Notes under the pieces: generated by a model
What the model saw: the letters and a program-made list of their open reading frames with translations, nothing else
Databases searched by the model: none
What the model was told of the DNA's origin: nothing
Made by a program: the position numbers and the translations under genes
Part shown: in pieces, positions 26,801 through 39,900 of the stretch
Layout of the letters: each line of letters starts with the position of its first letter
Numbering within the stretch: the first letter of the stretch is position 1
Assembly: GCA_002633005.1 (NCBI GenBank)
Contig: NMRA01000010.1
Location: 427,252-491,251 of the forward strand
Direction: 5' to 3'
Source: Phoronis australis
Taxonomy: Eukaryota > Animalia > Phoronida
DNA length: 64,000 nucleotides

Positions 26801-28355
26801 GCAAAAAAATTGTCACCAAAGGACACCACGTAGGTTGAACCCGTCTGAAAACCAATGTTAGATGCGGTTAGCAACGAGTACCTTACAACTGTCACATTGG
26901 ACGGTTTGTAGCTGATTCACAGCATCACATTCTGTGTGAGGTAGCGTAAGGCAGGTGTTGCCTATCAGTCGTCGACACATCTCTTCGGCAGTCTCCAAAC
27001 TTCTCAAGCAGTGATCACAGGCTTTGTACTGGTACAGAGCATTCCATAGAAACTGACAGGACACGATGGGATGCTCGACAAATATCACATCACCTTGTTT
27101 GAAGCTTTTCAAAGCAAACAGTCCACGACCCTAAAACAAAAGTAAACACTATTTAAAGCTCTAGCCTCACAGAGTTAATCTACCAGTAGTTAACAAACTT
27201 GAAAATATATACCAAATTAAGTAATATGTTACATGGTATGTTTACAAACTTAAAGCGTTTTTGAACACAACTTTGTACTTTGGCCAAGATCAGAAAATCA
27301 TCGACCACTCTAGTCTACTTCCGTGACCAGAGTTCCTGGTGCATCAGTTAAAGGAATGGTTTCTAAATAACGATCATGTTGTCCTTGAAAACGTATTGAT
27401 ATCACAGCGAGCATAAAAGCATTGTTATTTTGTTTGGTTTTTAATTTCCATTTGGTTCTTAATCTAGTGTCAAAATTTGTTCTTTGCGTATGTTTAGTGA
27501 TATTTAATGCAATCGTAAGTTTAAATTGGGAATATGTCGCATCTCTTCCGCTGCCAACACTACTCAATGTGCCCTGACTCATCACAATGGTACACCAAAT
27601 TTCAGCAAAAGTACCTGTTCTGGTAAAAATTTTAAAGGAAAAACCTTTATAGATTGGCATATGATCAAAACTGATGCAAAGAACCACTAATTGCCACATG
27701 ACTGGTAAAATTAGTTAGAAAAAGCTTAATCTCAAGATCATGCATGCGTGAACTTGGAATTGAATATTCATCAAGGCAATCAGGTGAACCTTTTGCTCAA
27801 TGTGAACAAATTTTGTAATTATTAGCAGCACTGATCGGGTATAGCAGTCCTGAGAACCAGTTTCATCTACTAAATAACAGGACCGTTATTTAGTGATTGT
27901 CTAGTTGTCTAAATCAGGGACCGCTATATCCGACCAGTGACTTTATTGGCCTCATGATCACCCATCTTCTGCAACTTGTGTCACAGAATCGGAGGAAATC
28001 AATTATTGTTTGGTGAAGAACATCATCAATAAGTGAAAAAAGATTAGCTGAAATTAACATTTTATTAACATTAACATGCGTGAACTAGAGATCAAACAGG
28101 ATTCCAAGTTCACGCAGCAGTGTCGTGAGTAGTGGCAGTGAATCATGCACTGTCTATACTAGGCAATGACCATTGCCTAGGTCATTGCCTAGGGCTAGGC
28201 TATGTCTATAGTCATAGACTAGTAGTAGTATAGGCCTACGTGCTTTACACCAAGGCTATCTATTACTACACTACAAACCACAAAGACGTGTCCGTTTCCT
28301 TTGTTACCTTAGTTGAGTTTATTAGGCGAACTTCGGTGCTCTTTGAATCTCCCAT
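20796..28355 (-). CDS. SMYD5: SET and MYND domain-containing protein 5 (lysine methyltransferase), 9 coding exons
   Basis: In-frame GT-AG exons: 28355-28308, 27130-26882 ([22 protein letters not shown]), 25666-25554, 25230-25056 ([13 protein letters not shown]), 23733-23600 ([18 protein letters not shown]), 22775-22669 (FIDQLY), 22161-22010 ([18 protein letters not shown]), 21275-21205 (RSRHSR.KILR), 20898-20796 (ENYLF.C.C..C, short acidic tail, TGA). Confidence 0.95.
22781..22931. repeat. 20-bp minisatellite, about 7.5 copies
   Basis: ACAGGGAATAGGACATGTCA units directly next to a SMYD5 acceptor. Confidence 0.95.
22945..23192. repeat. 55-bp tandem repeat, about 4.5 copies
   Basis: GCATCAGAGGATGAGATACATTGTTAATCATCAAATAAAGACAGACAAGTCTACT units. 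Confidence 0.95.
27829..27939. mobile_element. MITE with CACTG...CAGTG termini (copy 2)
   Basis: Homologous to 9224-9343, with a small internal deletion. Confidence 0.8.
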
Positions 28356-28759
28356 TTCAAAAACAAAATAGCCATCGACAAAGCGACAAATAATGTTATG
28401 AAGTTATGCAGACCAAAGTAACATGTGATGTGGAAAACACATCCGGAACTAGCGGGACACTAGCGTTCCTAACGGTGCAAATGAACAACACAAGTCGACG
28501 GCTTACTGCGAGTACTGGAGTAGGACGATCGTAGACATCTTAATAATGTGTATGAGGACGATATTGACCAGCATGCGCATTTATTCAAATATGTACAAAA
28601 ACTAAAGATTTTAACCCAGTAAGTGTGTATTACCTCAAATATCATTGAGACATGCAGCTTTAACATTTTTTCATAAGTTCTGTTTTTAATAGCCCCTCAA
28701 TATAGCGAGACATTTTAAAAACAATTTAAATTGTTATTAACCAAACCCTGTCATAAAGT

Positions 28760-29400
28760 ATGGATGGAAGACCAATTGAGAACGTGAATTTCTTTAAATA
28801 TCTGGGTCTAATATATGATCAAAATCTTAAATTCTCTCACCACGTTGATTATATCTCGACAAAGGTGTCTAAGAAAATTGGCGTATTGAAACGCATCTGT
28901 AAATTTGTGAAGAGAATAACACTGAAAATCCTTTTTAATGCCATCATTCAACTTCACGTAGATTATTGCCTCCCGGTGTGGGGCGTTGCATCAGACAAGG
29001 ATATGAAAACCATCCAGTTTATCCAAAATAGGGCTTTCTGGATTATTCTGGGAGCTGGTGTTAGAGATATTAACATTGAAAACCTTCATACGGGGACTGG
29101 AATAATGAAAATTCACACAATACATAAATTCCTATCTGCTTGTTTTAGGTACAAATGCTTTAAACGTCTTGTCCCAACATACTTTTAAGTGCTAAGTTTA
29201 AGATGACTACTAATCGCTACAATACTAAGTCCTCATTACCATCAAATTTCAATCTTCCTAAACCCAGAAACGAAACTGGACAAAATCATTTTCCTACAGC
29301 GGGCCCGGCAATTTATGGAACACTCTCCCTGCTGATGCCAAATCTGCATCATCCTTTATAACCTTTAAAGGAATTATAGGAAATAGATTTACTTCATGTA
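28760..29400 (+). mobile_element. 5'-truncated CR1/L2-group LINE (end of RT and C-terminal ORF2)
   Basis: FKYLGLIYDQNLKFSHHVDYI..KIGVLKR..VDYCLPVWG is typical of CR1/L2-clade ORF2; stops and frameshifts follow, then a microsatellite tail. Confidence 0.85.
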
Positions 29401-29579
29401 GATGTGTTCTGTTCAGCAATTTTACATTCAATATCCCCATATTAAACTATTTTTATTCATGTGTACATATGTGTATATATAGGTTATACAACGTACGTGT
29501 TTGTACCAGTATGTTATTATAACAAGATTCGTGATATGCAAAGTATTTGAACGAGGGCGAAGCGTATAAGATAAATGTG

Positions 29580-29930
29580 AGTATGTAGTTATGTATTCAT
29601 CATGTGTATGTTTGTATTTATGTATTTATATATGTATCTATGTATGTATGTGAGTGTGTATTTTCTATTGTATGTATGTATGTATGTTTATGTATGCATG
29701 TATGTATGTATTTTAGTGGTATTTATGTATGTATGTTTTTATATATGTATGTATGTATGTATTATGTTAGTGTGTATTTATATATGTATGTTTGTATGTA
29801 TGTATGTATGTATGTATGTATGTATGTATGTATGTATGTATGTATGTTAGTGTGTATTTATATTATGTATGTATGTATGTTTATGTATGTATGTGTTTGT
29901 GTATGTGTGTGTGTAAGAGTGCATGTGTAA
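29580..29930. repeat. (TATG)n/(TG)n microsatellite
   Basis: Seen directly in the sequence. Confidence 0.97.
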
Positions 29931-30231
29931 ACATGGTGTATATTTATATGTCTTACTTTTATTAATTAATTATTGTCTGTTTTTAATTATTCATATTTAT
30001 ATTTTAGTTAATTATCTTGTCATACTTTCTTTATCTTCTATTTAGCATATTTTATTTTTATTTTGTTTCATCGGTCTTTCCCTGTTAATTTCTTATTCTT
30101 TGCTTATCATTTAAATATTGTCTTTCATTTGTAATTCCGTTAGCTTGTCTTACTGTCTGTTTTGTTTTTACTGACGGCCCCCATGGAAAGCGGTGTGAAC
30201 TGATGGGCTACCTTCATTGTAACTATTACAT

Positions 30232-30328
30232 TAATAATAATAACAACAACAACAAAAACAACAACAACAACAACAACAACAATAGCAATAGCATTAACAA
30301 TAACAATAACAATAACAATAACAACAAC

Positions 30329-30391
<63 letters not shown>

Positions 30392-30392
30392 T
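30232..30392. repeat. (AAC)n/(AAT)n compound microsatellite
   Basis: Seen directly in the sequence. Confidence 0.97.
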
Positions 30393-33300
30393 AAAATAAC
30401 AGAGTTTAGGGTAACAGCTTGAATGCATAAAACGTAATGTCTGAAAGTTTCATATGAATACGACCAGCCTTCTGAGTTATGAAGTTGCGAAGTTAGCAGA
30501 CAAATTTGGACGATTTTCGTTATAACGAGATAACTGGCGATGTTTTTTCGGTAGGCCCTGCCTAACAGCTCCGCTGTGCTTGCGCTGTGGATCGAAAAAG
30601 GTCGTTCGTCGTGGCTCATATTCTTCCGAACAAGTAAAAGCCATCCTATCTACAATTGGTCAAATCATTTCTACTGACTGGACAAGTAACCAGGTGCGGC
30701 TCGAGTCAGACGACTAAAGAAATGGCATTATCTTGTCATCGGTAACGTTAGGTGCTTCAGTCCCTTTTCCATACCATGAGTAACCTTTTGACCAAGTGTT
30801 ATTGTTTACTCGTCGTATGTATCTCGCCGAAGTCGATTTCCGTAACGAAGTCCCTTCCATCGCGCGGACATTTGCGTTTGCCACTAGTTTCATTATTGAC
30901 CGTAGTCCTCGGCAATGTGTACTTCGTAGATCGGGGCAGAATCCTTGATCGAAATGGGAAACGCTAAGTTTGAGCTTCAAGTTGTTTGAGGCAGGGCCCT
31001 GAATTTCGTCGTCATTAGCGCCGGTGCTCTGCACTGTTTCCGCGGGGTCATAGCGATGACTGAAATGAATTAAACTTTCGTGTACTAAAGCTGGTGATTT
31101 TCTATCTATTTGTTAAACTGAACTCTTCGTGAAAAGTTATGTGCTTGTCGTTTTTCGCCGGCGGGTGAAGAAATACGATATGTAATCAGTTAGTCAAACA
31201 CATTTCTGGTGTTTTCAGAAAAGAAAGTAACCGGGATGAATTTTGGTTCATGGATGATTTGTGAGCTCTAAAGATCTTTAGAGGCTTCACACTAAACTCG
31301 GGTCTTTAATCCCCGGAAGTCGTTTTCGTTCTGAAGTTGAAACTAACTGTACGGGGTACTATATGTAGGTGAGCCGAGAAAATTCCGCCCGAGTCGAAAT
31401 GAGTGACGGAGGCCGAAACTGAGGCCAGGGTGCTCAGTCAACTTTGAAGTCATTGTTTTAGAAAACACAAATCAAGCTCACCCTTTCCAACTTAAGTTCA
31501 CTGGCGCTATAGGCCTACTGGTACCAAGACTTTGTACTCGACTCCAAATTCAGTTGAGTGACCCCTGCGGCGGATAAATATCAGCCGGCGCCGGGTTACT
31601 TATAAGCCAAGGCCACGTCTAACCCGCTCCAACCGCCCCCGCCCCTGTCCCGTGCCGGGCGAAGTTAACTATAATTGACATTTTCCCGGGGAGTGAACAC
31701 AAGTTTACCACATGTCACTGAAATCTATGCGCGATACTGAAGCCCAGGGGGTAGTTGAACTGGCCGACTCCGACAAAAGAGCATAATATGACGCCTGGCC
31801 CGGACTCGGCCTGGAAGCGGTCTGAGATTCGACCTATTAAAAAAATTTTAATGGCCGCTGCAAGAGACATTTAAAAATGTCCCTTGCAGCCGTTTCAACA
31901 CACTGAGTTAAAAAGACGTAAGAAGTGACGGCACTCGTGTTCATTTTTGCAAGTCTTAGACAAATTTCCACCCTACGGAGTAATGCTACCGGCACTGGGC
32001 TTCATGCCCGCGAGATCGACATCAACAGCCCCAAATGTATCGATCCGTATCATGTTTGTTTGCATTGGGTTGACCTAATTTCATTTCCGAGAAAAAAGTT
32101 TGTGAGGAATCCGAAGGTTTACGTTCAGTTGATCAGCCTGAATACGTGAAGTCCAAATTTTTGTAAGTATATTACATACTGTTCTCGGACGTTATCATAA
32201 AAACATTCAGTTGAGAAGTCGCAAATACACATTACAACATTCTGCGGGTCTAGCTGTCGGTTCTAGTCTTTGAACAACCTGAACGGGTCGATCCCGGACA
32301 GGCGCAGGACTGAACCAACAGTGACAATAAGACAGCGGGCAGTGGAAACCGGTATACATAATCAACCAAAATCGCCGTCATTAAAATAGGATTGCTGTTG
32401 TTAGTTAATTGCCCCGTCCGGTCGAAAAACGATGCTTTCAGTATAGCAAGCCCCGCAATAGGCGCAATACGTTATAGTGCCGACTCGACGCTCATCAGCC
32501 AGTGCTGACTCCGGCGTACACGGTCACGGTTCCGCCTCAGCCACAGTGGCCGTTCCTTACTAACTTAGGCATGATCGATTGTGACGAAGCTCAAAATTAT
32601 TGCAACTCGGCTGGGGTAGTCTTCTTCCAGCCGGCCTCAGTCGGCCAGCGCGCACTCTGCGGCAGCCCGGCCGTATCTTGGCTGTACCCGGAGACTTTCT
32701 TATTTCATTGGAAAGTCACGTGAGCTAATTCTCGAACGTCGGGGACATAAATATATTTCAGTGAGCCAGCTAGCGGACATAATTAAAAGTTAAGATCGGA
32801 TTATGATCAGCTCGAGGTGACCAATCTCTGTAGTAGTGCCCTAGCTTGTCTATTGTTAGGATCAGCCTTGGTTGATACCAGTGATCAGTGAGTCAGAATA
32901 GATAGGCCGCCGTCTTAACCTGCTTCGGTAGGGTCAAAGATAGTTCCTCTGCCGGTTCCAGGCGAATGCCTGGATGTAATTACAATATATTTGACGGTAC
33001 TAGATGTAGCAGTCAACTAGCCGATATAGTCCACGGCGTCGTCCACCATCGGCGGGGAAGGCATCTCAATTCTGGCGATCCAGGCAGCGGGAAGGTGAAC
33101 GCTGACAGCCGGGAAGGGTGCGAGTGAGGATGGGGGCGGGCGAGTGGCGCCACCGGAGTATCTCAAAAATTGTGAAGTCCGGGGTTCTCGAAGTGAGAGT
33201 GCCTTCCTTTTGAGTAATTGTGAATACGCCGTGTGATAAATGCCGAGAATGTACTTGTCATAGCGTTTGTCACAGTATGATGGACCCTTTACTGAGTTAA

Positions 33301-34786
33301 TGAGACTTATATACATTTGACTCCTGCGAGTTCCTAGTTAGTGGAGTGGGTTTTCTCGGGTCTGGAAACCCGACAGCTATTCTAGCATATTTGACCAAAC
33401 TCGGCCGCGAGTGCGGTGCCCCCTTTTGAATTTCTATGGTATTCGTGGTTTGTCTTAGGCTCGTAGCAATCATTTCCCATTTATTCCCCAAAATTCCTGT
33501 TCATACCGTAAATTCACGTCGTGCATTCCGTGAACGCCGCGACTACCTCGCAAAACGCCAATGTCGCAGCGCCCGGTTGCATGAAATAGTCCTAGACACC
33601 CAGGAACTCGGATAAATTCACTTTATATATCTGCTGCCTCATTCAGTTGTTGGCTTGTGAAAACACTGATTGTCCTTTGTTGGTTGTTTGGTTCTCATTA
33701 CTAAGTCAATTTTGACTTAGATACAAATCGAGAGTATACTCTACGTTGAATTATCAATATCATTTCAAGCAAAGTCCCTAATTTAAGGACTAAGTGCCTA
33801 ATTATTTTGACTGAATTAAGGGTTCAGTTTTAGTTGTATTATTAGAAAATGCCAGTAGTCAAAGTGGAACTCATAATTACATGCGCGCACCCGGGGAGGG
33901 GGTCGGGAGTGCCTTCATTTAGCGAAGTGGCCAAGAAGTCCGCCTCAGAGAAACACAAACTCCGAAAAAAAAGCAGAAAACGAGACAAAAGTCCACTAAA
34001 AAGGCAAGAACTACCAAAATTCCGCGAACGTACAATTCATAGCTCTGAACGTACCACGTGAACCTTCGTAAAAGGTCCATATTCTCGAAAATTCAACCCC
34101 CCCCCCAATTTTTAGGCTGGGTGCGTGCATGAATAAAGGTAGAAAATATAAAATATGTGAGCGAAAAACGAAACAAATACGCAAAAGATTGAGGGAACTC
34201 CGATGAGTTCTTATTTGGGACTGGTTCATACAGCTTGGCACTGAAGACTTGTTTGCGACATATCGCTATGTACATGACTGTATTAAAAGCAAAGCTCAAT
34301 CGGGATCACGCTAGCTTCGTTCGCGGAAATCGTGCGTCTGCGGAGTTTATCTAATTCTCATGACGTGCATTAGGCCCGTCTTCTTCTCAGGTAAACAGTA
34401 CTTCTGCAACTACTTCGGGAAAAACAAAATCCATTGTTTAGTCATTTGACCCCGCTTCTTGATGGTGACGATTTGTCGTGTTGATCAATGAAACTTGAAA
34501 GACTGCAGTCGTATGATATCCATAATTCTATACGTGTGAACTGTCATGCGACCCAACCCCCCTTTAGGTCACTTCCTGAAACAGGGTCCATCTCTGCGGC
34601 ATTTTTTGTGCAGCTGTCCCTTGGTCACGCCCCCCTCCCCCCTTTGTCACACCTATAAATGTCATCTCTTCCCTGGTCTTATTAAGCAAAATGCGACCCA
34701 GTGAAATGTTGGATTAAATTATATGTTTAAACTGCTCTAAGCCTGAAATTCATTCTCTTCATCCATTTCATTTCAGACTTAGCTTA

Positions 34787-36472
34787 ATGGAACAGTCAAA
34801 TTGGAAACGAGATTTCAGTGATATCGTTCAATGTTCTATTTGTATCGGTACTTTCAAGGAGCCTCGCATGCTGCCATGCCTCCATTCAGTCTGTACAGAA
34901 TGTCTGGCAGAAGATATCAAGAATAGAGCGGATTATGTTCATGACGTGTATGTGTGCCCTGTCTGCCGTAAGGAAACTTCGTGTCGCAAAGGCGTGGAAA
35001 ACTTTCCCCTAAATTTTCCTTTGAATAAAGCTGTTGAGGTTTACTCAAGAGCGCTGCAAGAGTCTGATCTTGGTTTCCTGTGTTCAGAACACAAGAAAGA
35101 AATCCATTACTACTGTGTGAAGTGCGATAAAGGAGTTTGTCTGACGTGCTTTCGGAAGTGCACTGAACATTTTCAGCATGTTCTAGACGCAGAAAAGGTA
35201 AGACCACTGGTGAAACAAGTTGCAGAAGACGTCGGGGATTTAGTTAAGAAAACAGAGGAAAATATTTCCCAAGCGGAAGGTTGTTATGAAGAGACGAGAG
35301 ACGTTTCGCAAGGCAACTTGGAAGCAATCGACAACTTTGCCGATGAACTCATATGCGTCATCAAGACAGCGCGTGATCAATACAAGAATAGCGTTGAATC
35401 AAAATTTGTCTTGCAAATGAGTAAAATTCAACGCTACAGGGAAATCCTTGTAGCCGGCATTGGTCCTGTTCAAACCCTCCTTGCGCAAGTTGATGAATTG
35501 CTAGAGAAAGGGGAATTAAAAAATCTTTTAGTTGCAAAGAAACAGTTGGAAAACTTCAAAGAAGAAGAACAAGACCTTGAACGAATCGAGTCTTTGACAG
35601 CGAAGTACACCCCTGAACAGTCTCTTGTTCCTATTATAACAGCGTTGAGCAAGCGTCTTGGTGAATTGGTACTCAAAGAGAAAGTTTTAGAGTTCAGCGT
35701 GGCTCGGGGAGGGTGTCGGCTGGGAGTAACTGGTGTAGCAATTATGACAAATGGGCACATCTTGTGCGTGGATGCATTGGGGTTGCGAGAGTTCGATAAA
35801 GATGGAACCCCGAGTTTTGATTTCGAAAATGTTCGCTCTCCGTTTAACTGCGTAAGGTCTGTGAATGAAATCGGAAAAGAAAGCATTTTCGTTAGCGACC
35901 AAGAGGGTTTGATTGTGAACTTAACTACGGACGGCGTAGAACAGAGGTTGCTACCTTTGTCGTTTCGCCCTATTGGTCTGGCTCTGACGAGTAAACGACA
36001 ATTTGTAGTGTCTGGTGACACAGCAGATGGCACGTGCGTTCGTGTGTTGTCAGAAGGTGGGGAAATCGTGCACAGTCTCCATTGGAACGGAATTGAAAAC
36101 GATATTTTCAAGGCACCATGGAACGTTGCAGTAAACAGCAAGGATGAGATAATTGTGTCAGATTGGAAGAAAAACACTATATTCCTGCTCGATGAGAACG
36201 CAGAATTTGTAAAACGGTACGAGCCCAAAACTGATGAAGAGAAACTATCATGTCCGCGTGGTGTTGCAACTGACATTGGCGATTTCATTTATGTTTGCGA
36301 CCAGTGTCACAATCGTGTCATTATGTTAACACCCGATGGCGAATTCCTGCGAGAGGTTTTGACCGGGGCCGACGGTTTAACTGCCCCTATCTCGATCTGT
36401 TTAGATCCCCGAGGTTGTCTTGTCATTGGCGAGGAAGACGACACCGTGAAAGTGTTCCAAGTTCGTGTATAA
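34787..36472 (+). CDS. TRIM-NHL E3 ubiquitin ligase (RING, B-box2, coiled coil, NHL repeats; TRIM2/3-like), single coding exon
   Basis: 561-aa ORF with a C3HC4 RING (CSIC..PCLHSVCTEC..CPVC), a B-box (CSEH..CVKCDKGVCLTC..H), heptad-rich helix and NHL repeats (PWNVAVNSKDEIIVSD, PRGVATD..IYVCD..NRV). Acceptor at 34775-34776; candidate upstream donor at 34391. Confidence 0.93.
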   Translation: MEQSNWKRDFSDIVQCSICIGTFKEPRMLPCLHSVCTECLAEDIKNRADYVHDVYVCPVCRKETSCRKGVENFPLNFPLNKAVEVYSRALQESDLGFLCSEHKKEIHYYCVKCDKGVCLTCFRKCTEHFQHVLDAEKVRPLVKQVAEDVGDLVKKTEENISQAEGCYEETRDVSQGNLEAIDNFADELICVIKTARDQYKNSVESKFVLQMSKIQRYREILVAGIGPVQTLLAQVDELLEKGELKNLLVAKKQLENFKEEEQDLERIESLTAKYTPEQSLVPIITALSKRLGELVLKEKVLEFSVARGGCRLGVTGVAIMTNGHILCVDALGLREFDKDGTPSFDFENVRSPFNCVRSVNEIGKESIFVSDQEGLIVNLTTDGVEQRLLPLSFRPIGLALTSKRQFVVSGDTADGTCVRVLSEGGEIVHSLHWNGIENDIFKAPWNVAVNSKDEIIVSDWKKNTIFLLDENAEFVKRYEPKTDEEKLSCPRGVATDIGDFIYVCDQCHNRVIMLTPDGEFLREVLTGADGLTAPISICLDPRGCLVIGEEDDTVKVFQVRV

Positions 36473-36859
36473 CATTTTTTATTGTTATTGGGTCTTCTGA
36501 ACGAAATTTGTCCATCATTTCAAGTGTCATTTTATAAACATTCATTAACACGCTGTACATTCTGTTCCATAAAAACGAAATTATCTTGAATCAGTTGCGA
36601 CATCACGTCGATGTTGTAACATAGGCTACTGGATTATTCCAAAAGGAGCCTCATTTGCCAATTTGTTCTGTTATTGTTTCTTAGTCAAATTCTTCAACGA
36701 ACTGAATGTCCGTTAATTATTACTTATCACTGAATTGCCGTCGTCTGTAGAAATAACGAACTGTCAGCTCATAGATCACTTCTAAATTTGGAATCTGTCC
36801 GGCGCGATCAGCATGTGTGCGAAATATCGTCTGCACGGACTGAGTTTTTAACAATGAGC

Positions 36860-36976
36860 AAAGCCCCCTCCCGATCTCCCCCCATTCAGTGCTATGCGCA
36901 TCTACAATCGTGCTTTGCGCAAATATTTACAGACAAAATGTTGGGCCTCCCTTGTGATATCCTAGATCCGCCACTG
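36860..36976. mobile_element. hAT-like element terminus
   Basis: Near identical to 52140-52249; ends CCTAGATCCGCCACTG. Confidence 0.75.
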
Positions 36977-39900
36977 TACTGAACACACGCCAGGCATATG
37001 TGGTTACATAACCGTCTGTGATGTCAGACCATGGAGACAGCTGTGTATTGCAATTGCTATAGGCAATCAAGCCTCCAAAATTTTGCTTGCTTCTTATGAT
37101 AATTCATGTCATCTTCATTTGTTGGCATTACTAAATTGTTTTTGCCAAGGAGATGTAAAAACCAGTGTGTCACAGATAATAAAGCCTAATACAGTTTTCA
37201 TTCTTTCATTTTTAGCAGTGAGTAAGAAGGGTGTCACCTTTAAATTTAACCACGTATATAATTGAAATTTGAGTGGAGGTGGCAATCTCAATGACAGAAT
37301 TACAAGAACACTTGAAATGGAACTCTTCTGAAACTAGTGAAATAATAACAAACTCAAGGCATCAAGAAATATTACCAGAAGATGCCAGTGAACATATCAT
37401 TTCAGGCGTTCATTATGGCAAGCTAATTCTAACATGCTTTGGTCACTGAGTCATAGAAATCAAAGAACAAATCAGAGGACTATTATGATTTAATCCACAG
37501 TTCAAATTAAAATCAAGTGCTTTCGGTCGGAATTATATATTTGGTTTCTACAGTGAAAGACTTTCAAGGTAGTTGAAGGTTACAGCTACACTACATAAGT
37601 CAAAACTGAAATAATCTCAGTATAGTAAAGTTGATATGTAAGTCAAAATGATCTAATCTTTCACCAATATAAGTAACTTAGAATGCACAGTACTTTAGAA
37701 CATTTAAGCATTACAGACGTTATCCAACAACACGACAAATTTACATGATATGAAAGTGGATATGCCTAACAATTACCATGGCAACAAGGTGTTTCCTTAC
37801 ACTAGAATTCGACAAGCGTGATTTGAAAAAATAAGAAGTTGCATGGAAAAAGGATTGGAGGCTGGAAGCTTCACAATCCAACATGGCCGATCACTCTATT
37901 TGAGAGCCTTTACATTTTGGGCCTTGATAACTTGAATTAAGAAACCAAAAAGTTACAATGCATGTATTGAATGAACGAATTATGTTGTGACACATAATAA
38001 AACCTTGAAGCGCAATTGACTTTCAAAGAAAAAATGATTTCAAAACTTTTTTTTCTTTAACCATTTTATAAAACATCAAGTTTCAACCTATGAAACAAAA
38101 TCCTTGGTTTAACAAAACAAACATAATATATACAAGAAAAAGATATCTGGACGTTAACCAGGCTTTTAAATCGTGTCCTTATGAAGATCACTGTAACGCT
38201 TCGGCAGACATGATGTCTTCAGCTGCAACTTTTTAATTCCGTTGATTAATTTTATTTGCTACAAAAGCATTTCGATTAAGATTTAATAATGAACACTTTG
38301 AACATCCGGCGTAAAAGTCGGAAGTGCGCATTTTGGCAAAGCAGTGCTCAGGCTAAGGGCCATTGGAAGACACGCTGTTGTCATGAAAGACGCGCTGTTG
38401 TAGTCACTGGAATGGAATGAAGAAACTTACAATGAGTAAGTTCCGGGTAAAAAAGTTCAAGTCTGGGAAAGATATGATGATCTCTGTAAAATACGAATTA
38501 AAAAAACACGGTTCCACTCGAGCATTATTTTTGGTTTCATAGTAGAACCGAAAGTCAAAAATAATTTCGAATTCAATTTAGACCACGGACCCAGGTCAAA
38601 GTTGACTATAACTCAGGGTTTATCGTTTATGGCCCACTCGAATACGAGAGATCTTACACAATGATCGAACGGTAACTTTCGCAAGTTCAGAAGATAACAG
38701 CGGACAGTACGGTAACACCAACCAAGAATGTGATCAGCATACCTGTATCGGCTACATCGAGATCTTGGCGACAACTCAAGACTACAAAGAAGCCTGGCTT
38801 CGTCTACCGTACAAGAGTGTAAAAGCTAATAGATTGTACAAATAACGACAATAACATCTTTCTGTGAGCTAGACGTCATTGCCTAGTAGTTGCTGCTCGT
38901 GTGTACATTCAAGGCGGCTATATACCCGCCCTTTGTCAAAAAATCATCAAGACCACTTAGAGTCATCAAATTAGTATGAAATGACTCTTCGTCAAGTAAG
39001 AGGTGTTTCTGGACTTGGAAAGACGTTACAGGTCATATTGCTATGAGACCACACACCACAACTTTATTTGCCGGCACGGCCTGAAGCAGTAACGAAGGGC
39101 CAATTCTTTTCAAGGCCATGGAAAGTGACCAAAGTCAGAAATTTGATTTTACGTGCATTGTTTCTTAGAATATGCATATAATTGCTAGACACTTTGATAA
39201 TTCCTGCAAGTTATTTCTAGACGGTGATGCGCTCATATAATTTCTTGACGAATCAACAATTGTGAAGTGGGAACGTATGACCAAATTTCTGTTTAATTCA
39301 CTTTCATAAAACAGACCCCTACAACGTCATCTTATCTGAATTAGCAGAAAGTTGAGATCTGGCTTGTTGTGTTCCGTAGAAGCGAGAACCTCGCGAAAAC
39401 GAACTTACATGCAAGACTTTGTGAAATATTGCCATTTCTCACAAGCAAAGCATGTGATCACACTGGCTTCTCAGCAGCAAGATTCTTGCGTCTACTCAAA
39501 CTCTTCCCAGGTTTATTGCTGCAAGTGGCTTAAATCAAATGATAACTTTATAGCCGTTTTAAGTGTTATTTTAGACGTCTTGTTTTTGTTAAATGCTTTT
39601 ATATTATTGTGTACATTAGTCCGTTAGAGTATTGTTAGGTCTACTTGTTTTGTTCAATTCCATAGTTGGCAACATTTATTGCAAAGGGTTACGCCGGAAC
39701 ACATGCGGAATGGAATGTGTAATTATGGGTTAAATGGTGTTCATTGATCTGGTGTTTTGTAATACACGGCGATATCCCACGAACTTTTGAATGATCTTGC
39801 GTTTGGCACGCTAGATGACATTCATGTCTCGTTTTAACCTTGACCTTGCACGCTTAAATATTCCGTTTAATTTTGTATTTCCAATGAGCATTCAGTCAAT

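Noticed and set aside
29602-30619. ORFs rich in MYVC, poly-I/V and poly-N
   Set aside because: Translations of microsatellites.
35470-36288. 272-aa minus-strand ORF
   Set aside because: Antisense to the TRIM NHL region, with no recognisable motif.
38670-38822. Frame ending KPGFVYRTRV, weakly FN3-like
   Set aside because: Short, bounded by stops and without convincing splice sites.
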